From Deltaproteobacteria bacterium (GTDB lineage: Bacteria > Myxococcota > Myxococcia > SLRQ01), in the NCBI GenBank assembly GCA_029210625.1, contig JARGFU010000001.1:6992-69805 (forward strand): a stretch of DNA of 62,814 nucleotides, in the 5' to 3' direction. Shown in pieces: positions 56,785 through 62,814 of this stretch (its first letter is position 1; each line of letters begins with the position of its first letter). Position numbers and translations under genes: made by a program. The notes beneath the pieces were generated by a model that searched no databases, was not told the DNA's origin, and saw only the letters and a list, made by a program, of their open reading frames with translations.

Positions 56785-57197
56785 GATTCACCGCTCCCCT
56801 CCTCGCCCTCCTCGCCCTCACCGCCGCCTGTAACGAGCCGGTGTCTCTCTCCCGACCCGCCGCGCCGGCTGAGACCGCCGCGCCGGCCGAGGCCGCGACC
56901 CCCCGCCAGGTGGTCAAGCGGGTCGTCTTCGTCGGCAAGCAGGGCGCCTGCGACTGCACGAAGGCCAAGGTCGAGGCGAGCTGGGCGGCCCTGCAGCAGA
57001 CGCTGGGCACCCCGGCGAAGCTGCCGGTGGAGAAGCTGCAGATCGACGTCGACGGCCCGCAGGTCGCCTTCTACCAGCAGCAGAAGCCGATCCTCGCGCT
57101 CCCCGCGATCTACCTCATCGACGAGACCGCCACCGTCGTCGAGTTGCTGCAGGGCGAGGTCACTGCCGACCAGCTCACCGCCGCCCTGAAGCACTGA
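56781..57197 (+). CDS. Lipoprotein with a CxC motif (ACDCTK), ATGA-coupled to ccdA
   Basis: Lipobox LLALTAAC. 138 aa. Confidence 0.55.
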   Translation: MRFTAPLLALLALTAACNEPVSLSRPAAPAETAAPAEAATPRQVVKRVVFVGKQGACDCTKAKVEASWAALQQTLGTPAKLPVEKLQIDVDGPQVAFYQQQKPILALPAIYLIDETATVVELLQGEVTADQLTAALKH

Positions 57198-57204
57198 GGG
57201 GGGG

Positions 57205-57322
57205 CGAACCCTCCGGGTTCGGGCGCCTTTTTGGCGCTGCAAAAACGCGCGTGCGGCCAACGGCGAACCCTTCGGGTTCGGGCGCCTTTTGGGCTGTGCC
57301 AAAAACGCGCGTGCTGCCAACG
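57205..57322. repeat. Two tandem ~59-bp repeats, each with a CGAACCC-loop-GGGTTCG hairpin followed by GGCGCC-TTTT(T)-GGCGC
   Basis: Units 57205..57262 and 57263..57322 are about 90% identical. Hairpin plus T-run resembles an intrinsic terminator for the upstream + operon. Confidence 0.7.
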
Positions 57323-57398
57323 GGTAATCGGCCCCTTCCGCCCGAACAGGACGCCCGCCTGCGCCCGCCGTGCGGAGGTAGGGCCGCCCTAAGGTAGA

Positions 57399-57432
57399 AC
57401 GCCCGCCCGATCGAGGTAGATCGGGCGGGCGT
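57399..57432 (-). terminator. 14-bp perfect-stem hairpin immediately 3' of tRNA-Lys on the minus strand
   Basis: acgcccgcccgatc-gaggta-gatcgggcgggcgt. No U-tract. Confidence 0.5.
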
Positions 57433-57436
57433 CCTG

Positions 57437-57509
57437 TGAGGGCGGAAGGAATCGAACCTTCAACCTATGGATTAAGAGTCCATTGCTCTGCCAATTGAGC
57501 TACGCCCCC
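57437..57509 (-). tRNA. tRNA-Lys (anticodon CTT)
   Basis: Manually folded cloverleaf. Anticodon loop CTCTTAA. T-loop GGTTCGATTCC. No encoded CCA. Confidence 0.85.
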
Positions 57510-57528
57510 GTATGGGGATGATCTGGAG

Positions 57529-57602
57529 GGTGACCAGAGGGGATTGAACCCTCAACCTCCGGAGCCACAGTCCGGCGCTCTGCCAATTGAGCTATGGTCA
57601 CC
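57529..57602 (-). tRNA. tRNA-His (anticodon GTG) with encoded G-1
   Basis: Loop CTGTGGC. Extra 5' G pairs with the discriminator C, as is typical of tRNA-His. Confidence 0.85.
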
Positions 57603-57635
57603 ATAGCTTCGTATTCGTCTTTTTGGTGGCGCCAG

Positions 57636-57709
57636 TACGCCAGGAGGGACTCGAACCCCCGACCAGCGGCTTAGAAGGCCGCTGCTCTATCCACCTGAGC
57701 TACTGGCGC
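57636..57709 (-). tRNA. tRNA-Arg (anticodon TCT)
   Basis: Loop CTTCTAA. Cloverleaf folds with one G-U pair in the acceptor stem. Confidence 0.85.
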
Positions 57710-57728
57710 ATCCTATTCGTTTTTCTTG

Positions 57729-57802
<74 letters not shown>

Positions 57803-57866
57803 CTGACAGGAAGCGTGGATTTATTCCAAGGCCCCCACGAAAGCAAGTAGGTCGATCGCCACTTTT

Positions 57867-58496
57867 CTAGAGGAGGGTCTCCAGCAGGGGCAGCAGGGCC
57901 CGCAGGGCCTTCCCCCGGTGACTGATGGCGTCCTTCTCCTCCGCGGAGAGCTCACCGTGGGTCCGGACGCGATCCTGGCCCGGCTCGTGGGAGACGAAGA
58001 GAGGATCGTAGCCAAAGCCGCCGCTCCCCTTCGGGCCGTGATCGATCCTGCCCAGGCAACGCTCCTCCAGGTGCCAGACGCGGCCGTCGGGCGCGACGAG
58101 GCAGAGCGCGCAGACGAAGGCGGCGCCGCGATCCTCGTCGGCGACGTCCACCAGTTCGTCCAGGAGCTTGCGGTTGTTAGCCTCGTCCCGCTCGGGGCCG
58201 ATCTCCCCGGCGTAGCGGGCCGAGTAGATCCCCGGCGCTCCGTCCAGGGCATCGACGCAGAGGCCCGAGTCGTCGGCCAGCACCCACTCCCCGAGCACCT
58301 CGCTGATGGTGCGGGCCTTCTTCTCGGCGTTGCCGGCGAAGGTGGGCGCGTCCTCGACGATCTCGGGCAGGCGCTTGCCCTCGGGGTCGAGGTCGTCGAG
58401 GGACTGCAGCTCGAGCCGCTCCCCGAAGCGCTCCCGCGCCATCCGGGAGAGCTCCTCTAGCTTGTGGGCGCTGCGGGTCGCGACGACCAGCCTCAC
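57867..58496 (-). CDS. rdgB: dITP/XTP pyrophosphatase (Ham1/RdgB)
   Basis: Ham1 motifs ([17 protein letters not shown]). 4-bp overlap with the upstream rph gene. Confidence 0.9.
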   Translation of the reverse strand: MRLVVATRSAHKLEELSRMARERFGERLELQSLDDLDPEGKRLPEIVEDAPTFAGNAEKKARTISEVLGEWVLADDSGLCVDALDGAPGIYSARYAGEIGPERDEANNRKLLDELVDVADEDRGAAFVCALCLVAPDGRVWHLEERCLGRIDHGPKGSGGFGYDPLFVSHEPGQDRVRTHGELSAEEKDAISHRGKALRALLPLLETLL

Positions 58497-59236
58497 GCGC
58501 GGTCTCCGGCGAGGGCCTGCTCGATGGCCGCCCGCTGCTTCTGGGCCAGCGAGGCGATCCCCGCGAGGGCCAGATCGAGGAGGGAGTCGAGCTGGGCGCG
58601 GCTGAAGGTCCGGCCCTCGGCGGTGCCCTGCACCTCGATGAGCTGGCCGCTGGCGGTGCCCACGACGTTCATGTCCACCTCGGCGTTGGCGTCCTCGGCG
58701 TAGTCGAGGTCGAGGCGGGGCTCGTCGCCGATCAGGCCGACGCTCACCGCGGCCACCGGCTCGCAGAGGGCGGCCTCCGGGATCGTCCCGTCGGCGATGA
58801 GGCGCGAAAGCGCGATGGCGGTGGCCACGTAGGCCCCGGTGATCGAGGCGGTGCGGGTGCCGCCGTCGGCCTGGATGACGTCGCAGTCGAGGGTCAGCGA
58901 GCGCTCGCCGAAGGCCTCGAGGTTCACCGCCTGCCGCAGGCTGCGGCCGATGAGGCGCTGGATCTCCTGGGTGCGCCCCTTCTGCTTCCCCTTCGCGGCC
59001 TCGCGATCGGAGCGGGTGTGGGTGGCGCGGGGCAGCATCCCGTACTCGGCGGTCACCCAGCCGGCGCCGGAGCCGGCCCGGAAGGGCGGCACCCGATCAC
59101 CGTAGGAGGCGGTGCAGATGACCTTGGTGTGCCCGCAGGAGATCAGGCACGACCCCTCCGCGTGGCGGGTGTAGTTCGGGGTGATGACGACCTCTCGGAG
59201 GTCGGCGGAGCCTCTACCGTTTCGCTCGACGATCAT
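58493..59236 (-). CDS. rph: Ribonuclease PH
   Basis: ATG at 59234-59236 (the ORF extension upstream of it is spurious). [27 protein letters not shown]. Confidence 0.9.
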   Translation of the reverse strand: MIVERNGRGSADLREVVITPNYTRHAEGSCLISCGHTKVICTASYGDRVPPFRAGSGAGWVTAEYGMLPRATHTRSDREAAKGKQKGRTQEIQRLIGRSLRQAVNLEAFGERSLTLDCDVIQADGGTRTASITGAYVATAIALSRLIADGTIPEAALCEPVAAVSVGLIGDEPRLDLDYAEDANAEVDMNVVGTASGQLIEVQGTAEGRTFSRAQLDSLLDLALAGIASLAQKQRAAIEQALAGDRA

Positions 59237-59254
59237 GGGCGGGCAACCTACTGC

Positions 59255-59320
59255 AAACCAGCCGCCCCCGTACACGTCCACGTCCACGTGCACGTCCACG
59301 GCCTCTCCCGGGAGAGCCCT
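59255..59320. repeat. (GTNCAC)5 hexamer array + GG + CTCTCCCGGGAGAG palindrome; second copy of the 15524..15640 element family
   Basis: cgtacacgtccacgtccacgtgcacgtccacggcctctcccgggagagccctgcgcccc, aligned by eye to 15597..15640. Confidence 0.8.
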
Positions 59321-59331
59321 GCGCCCCGGCC

Positions 59332-60174
59332 CTACTCGTCCCGCTGCTCGAGGATCTTCGCGAACTTCAGGATGGCGCCGAGGATGCCCGTCGCGGAGCG
59401 GCTCTGCAGGCCGGCGTCGCCCAGCTCCTTCCCCTCCTTCGGGTGAGAGAGGAAGCCCAGCTCGACCAGCACGGCCGGCATCTTCGCCCCGTTGAGCACC
59501 GCGAAGGGCGCTTGCCGCACCCCACGATCGGGGAAGCCGGTGGCCTCGACCAGGGCCTCCTGCACGATGTGAGCGAGGCGGGAGGAGTCCTGGTGCGCGG
59601 CGCTCACCTGCAGATCGTAGAGGATCGCGTCGAGGGGGTTGGCCGAGGCCATCTCGTCCTGCGAGAGGGGCTCGCCGTTCTCGTACTCGGCCAGGCGGCG
59701 GGCCGCCTCGTCGGTGGAGTCGGCGGAGAGGAAGAAGGTCTCCGCGCCTCGCACCTTCCGGCCCTCGGGACCGTAGGGCATCGAGTTGCAGTGGATCGAG
59801 ATGAAGAGGTCGGCCTCGGCGTCGTTCGCCTTCTGCACGCGGTCGCGCAGCTCGACGTCCTCGTCCCCGGGCCGGGTCTCGATCACCTGATAGCCGCTGG
59901 CGAGCAGCCGGATCTTGAGCGCCTGCACCACGCTGGCGGCGATGTCCTTCTCGATGAGGTCGCCGCGGACCGCGCCGAACTTCGCGCCGCCGTGGCCGGC
60001 GTCGAGGGCGACCAGCAGCCTGCGCTTCGGCTCCGCCTCCGGAATCGTCGTGGAGCCACCCTCGCCCGGCGCCGGCAGGGTCACCACCGCGACCTCCTCG
60101 GCCGCCACCGGGGCGGACGAGAGCAAGAGCAGCGTTGCGCCGACGAGGCCGGCGGCTCGGGCGAGGGGCTTCAC
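59332..60174 (-). CDS. N-acetylmuramoyl-L-alanine amidase (Amidase_3, AmiC-like), secreted
   Basis: Signal peptide. Amidase_3 zinc-ligand region (VALDAGHGG and ISIHCNS). GTG start. Confidence 0.8.
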   Translation of the reverse strand: MKPLARAAGLVGATLLLLSSAPVAAEEVAVVTLPAPGEGGSTTIPEAEPKRRLLVALDAGHGGAKFGAVRGDLIEKDIAASVVQALKIRLLASGYQVIETRPGDEDVELRDRVQKANDAEADLFISIHCNSMPYGPEGRKVRGAETFFLSADSTDEAARRLAEYENGEPLSQDEMASANPLDAILYDLQVSAAHQDSSRLAHIVQEALVEATGFPDRGVRQAPFAVLNGAKMPAVLVELGFLSHPKEGKELGDAGLQSRSATGILGAILKFAKILEQRDE

Positions 60175-60237
60175 GTTCGAGAAGCTATCGCGCCGGACGG
60201 TTACGTCAAATTTCGGGCTGCGGGTGCGCTGGGGGCT

Positions 60238-61281
60238 TTAACCCAGCACCCGGACCCGGGGCTTGCCCTCGACGATCCGCCCGATCTCGGCGGCCACCGG
60301 GGTCTTCGCCTCTTCAAGGGCGAGGAGCAGCTTGTCCGCCACCCGGGGGGAGGCCGAGATGAGCAGGCCGCCGGAGGTCTGGGCGTCGGCCAGGAGGATC
60401 CGCTCGAGCTCGGGCAGCTTGCCGAAGCGCACCTTCGGGGCGACGGCCTCGAGGTTGGCCTTCGAGCCTCCGGGGATCTCGCCGCCCTCGGCGTGCCTTC
60501 GGGCGGCGGAGAGGATCGGGATCCTGGCGTGCTCGAGCTCGGCGCCCACGCCGGAGGCCTCGAGCATCTCCAGGAGGTGGCCGAGGAGGCCGAAGCCGGT
60601 GACGTCGGTCAGCGCCCGCACGCCACGCGGGAAGCGCCGCACGACCTCGCTCGCGCCGCGGTTGAGGGTGCGCATCACCCGGCTGACCTCGCGGATCTCC
60701 TTGGGGCTCGCCCGCCCGGCCTTGATGGCGGTGGCGAGGATGCCGCTGCCCAGGGGCTTGGTGAGGATCAGGCGGTCGCCCGGCCGCGCGCCGGCGTTGG
60801 TGAGCAGCCGCTTCGGGTGCACCTTCCCCACCACCGCCAGGCCGTACTTCGGCTCGCGGTCGTCGATGGAGTGGCCGCCCATCAGCGGCACCCCGGCCTC
60901 CTTCGCCACCGACGAGCCGCCCGCCAGGATGCGGCTGGCGATCTTCAGGTCGAGGGTGCGGGGGAAGGCCAGGAGGTTGAGCGCCATGATCGGATCGGCG
61001 CCCATGGCGTAGACGTCCGAGAGCGCGTTGGCCGCGGCGATCGCGCCGAACTGGAAGGCATCGTCGACGATCGGGGTGAAGAAGTCGGTGGTGAAGACCA
61101 GCGCGGTGCGAGGATCGAGCAGGTACACCCCGGCGTCATCCCGCGTGTCGGTCCCCACCAGGACGCGCGGGTCGGTGATCGGCGGCAGTGAGCGCAGCAC
61201 CTGCGCCAGCTCCTTCGGGCGGAGCTTGCAGGCTCAACCAGCGCCGTGGCTGTACTGCGTGAGTCTCTCGTTGGAGGGCAT
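60238..61281 (-). CDS. selD: Selenide, water dikinase (selenophosphate synthetase) encoded as a selenoprotein: in-frame TGA (Sec) at 61234..61236
   Basis: Translating through the UGA gives MPSNERLTQYSHGAG-U-ACKLRPKELAQVLRSLPP, the canonical SelD N-terminus. Hairpin agctcc-gcccgaa-ggagct lies 9 nt downstream of the UGA. Body motifs TTDFFTPIVDDAFQFGAIAAANALSDVYAMG. The track ORF 60238..61200 is the UGA-truncated version. Confidence 0.85.
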
Positions 61282-61361
61282 GGACACAGTCATACTCCCG
61301 AATCGCTCCGGGCGCAGGTGGTCAGCGCCGGGCGATGCCGCCTATCCTCTTGCGAGGCCTC

Positions 61362-62814
61362 ATGCGCACTGCTCCCGGAGAAGGAAGCCGCCTGGGCGGC
61401 TATCACCTCGAGACCCACCTGGCTCGCGGCGGCATGGCGGACATCTACGTGGCCCGCTCGCCTCACGGGCACCAGGTGGCCCTCAAGTGCATCCGGCCCA
61501 CCTTCGCCCAGGACCAGACCTTCGTGGATCTCTTCCTGCGCGAGGCGCAGCTCTCGATGGTCCTCGAGCACGGGAACATCGCCCGGGTCTTCGACTTCGG
61601 CGAGGAGGACGGCCACTACTTCATGGTGATGGAGTACGTGCGGGGGCCGGCCCTCTTCGATCTGCTGCAGGCCCTGAAGGTCCGGCGCCGCCCCTTCCCG
61701 ATCGAGGTCGCCGCTCACGTCCTGGCCGAGACCGCGGCGGGCCTCGCTCACGCCCACGGACGGGTGGACGAGGCGGGGCGCCTCTTGCCGGTCGTGCACC
61801 GCGACATCAGCCCCCAGAACGTGCTGGTCGCCCTCGACGGAACGGTGAAGGTCGTGGACTTCGGCATCGCGAAGGCCCGCGACTCCCAGAACCTCACCCG
61901 CCCCGGCGTCGCCCGGGGCAAGTACCTCTACTTCTCGCCGGAGCAGGTGAAGCAGCAGCCCCTCGACGGCAAGAGCGACGTCTACGCCTGCGGGGTGGTC
62001 CTCTACGAGCTGCTCGCCGGTCGCCGCCCCTTCGAGGGCGAGCTCATCGAGGTGCTCGGCAAGATCGTCCGCGGCGACTTCCCCCCGCTCGCGGAGCTGA
62101 AGCCCGAGCTGCCCCGCGCGCTGGTCGAGCTGGTGGGGGCCTCCCTCGCCCAGGAGCCCGGGGCGCGCCCGAGCGCCGCCGCCATGGAGGCCACCCTGCG
62201 AGGCTGGCTGCGCGGGGAGGCCCACGCCCTCTCGCCGGCCCAGGCCACCCGGGCCCTGGTGGAGGAATGCTGGGACGAGGACGAGGAGCGGACGATCTCG
62301 GGCGAGCCCACCCACGGCGACGCGGAGCCCCCGGCGGCGACCGGCCGGGCCGGCGCCTCGCGGCTCGCGCTCGCCCTGGGCGCGGTGGTGGCGCTGGGGC
62401 TCGGCGCGGCCCTCCTCCTGGGCCGGAGCGAGGCGCCGCCGCCGGCCACCCGGATCGAGTCGAACCCCACCGGCGCCCGGATCTCCTTCCCGGACCTCGG
62501 CCTCGAGGGCACCGCCCCCTTCGAGACCAGCCGCCTCGAGCCGGGTCACCCCTACCGGGTCGAGGCCACGCTCGAGGGCCACGAGCCCGGCCGGCGGATC
62601 GTGGTGGGCGGCGACCGCCTGCGCTTCGTCCTCGCCCCCCGCCCGAAGGCCCCCGTGCTCCTGCCTCCGGAGCCCACCACCGACGAGGCGGATCCGGTCG
62701 AGGGGGAGCAGATCTACGCCCGCGTGCAGCCCAGCATCGCCCACGCCCTCGGCAACGCCGCGGGGCTGGGCAACGACGCGCCGGTGGGCACCGGCCGGGC
62801 CGGTCCCTGGCCCC
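61362..62814 (+). CDS. Hanks-type Ser/Thr protein kinase with TM helix and PEGA-like extracellular domain (3' partial; continues past the window end)
   Basis: Not in the ORF track because no stop is reached. Hand translation gives HRDISPQNVLV, DFGIAKA, SPEQ, the TM helix LALALGAVVALGLGAALLL and IESNPTGARISFPDLGLEG. Alternative ATG at 61335. Confidence 0.8.
   Translation, partial: MRTAPGEGSRLGGYHLETHLARGGMADIYVARSPHGHQVALKCIRPTFAQDQTFVDLFLREAQLSMVLEHGNIARVFDFGEEDGHYFMVMEYVRGPALFDLLQALKVRRRPFPIEVAAHVLAETAAGLAHAHGRVDEAGRLLPVVHRDISPQNVLVALDGTVKVVDFGIAKARDSQNLTRPGVARGKYLYFSPEQVKQQPLDGKSDVYACGVVLYELLAGRRPFEGELIEVLGKIVRGDFPPLAELKPELPRALVELVGASLAQEPGARPSAAAMEATLRGWLRGEAHALSPAQATRALVEECWDEDEERTISGEPTHGDAEPPAATGRAGASRLALALGAVVALGLGAALLLGRSEAPPPATRIESNPTGARISFPDLGLEGTAPFETSRLEPGHPYRVEATLEGHEPGRRIVVGGDRLRFVLAPRPKAPVLLPPEPTTDEADPVEGEQIYARVQPSIAHALGNAAGLGNDAPVGTGRAGPWP

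Noticed and set aside
61290-62744. 484-aa ORF on - strand
   Set aside because: Antisense of the hand-translated Ser/Thr kinase (61362..>62814), which has the full set of Hanks motifs.

Overview
This 62.8-kb window is a very GC-rich piece of a myxobacterial (Myxococcales-type) chromosome. GC content was judged by eye at roughly 70% and was not computed. The myxobacterial assignment rests on four features: several secreted proteins end in MYXO-CTERM-type sorting tails (Gly-Cys motif, hydrophobic helix, RRRR); there are Myxococcus-type cysteine-rich repeats (CGNGxVExGExCD...); the PilA pilin closely resembles Myxococcus xanthus PilA; and genes are densely packed with ATGA/GTGA-type overlaps. About 55 protein genes are supportable. 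The six-frame track is dominated by long spurious antisense ORFs, as expected at this GC. The track also misses one real gene, a Hanks-type kinase at 61362..>62814 (+) that runs off the window edge without a stop. Recognisable genes include radA, glpK, fhs, def, rph-rdgB, selD, pilA and a glutamate-type O-methyltransferase. A cobalamin-riboswitch-controlled BtuB/BtuFCD/TonB cluster contains an inserted periplasmic amidohydrolase and a beta-propeller lipoprotein. A minus-strand cluster of four tRNAs (Pro-Arg-His-Lys) is present. Surface and secreted proteins include a metzincin, a SpoIID-domain protein, an M23 peptidase, an AmiC-type amidase and a VWA lipoprotein. The most unusual locus is at 52.2-57.2 kb. 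A multi-pass membrane protein whose extreme C-terminus is a pure Gly/Cys tail (NGGGGCGGGCGGGCGGCGGCGGCG) is translationally coupled (TGATG) to a radical SAM/SPASM enzyme. It sits directly downstream of an ECF sigma factor overlapping a Ser/Thr kinase. Divergent from it is an ArsR/SmtB regulator followed by a permease, a CxxC thioredoxin-like protein, a CcdA/DsbD-type thiol-disulfide transporter and a lipoprotein. Two copies of a near-palindromic operator overlap promoter-like hexamers in this region. The membrane protein carries an in-frame TAG. The neighbouring kinase is frameshifted and the adjacent Nramp-like gene is truncated. Other notable items are: selD encoded as a selenoprotein (in-frame UGA plus a SECIS-like hairpin); a tetra-heme cytochrome c fused to Myxococcus cysteine-rich repeats with a MYXO-CTERM tail; a lipoprotein made of 60-bp tandem Cys-rich repeats; two copies of an intergenic (GTNCAC)n hexamer-array element next to a CTCTCCCGGGAGAG palindrome; a shared GAGCTGTGAGCTGTGAGC 18-mer at two loci; a perfect 55-bp direct repeat carrying tandem small ORFs at the window start; and a canonical sigma-54 promoter upstream of a small ORF plus a ComEA-like gene. 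All family assignments are by motif recognition from the translated sequence; no database searches were run.
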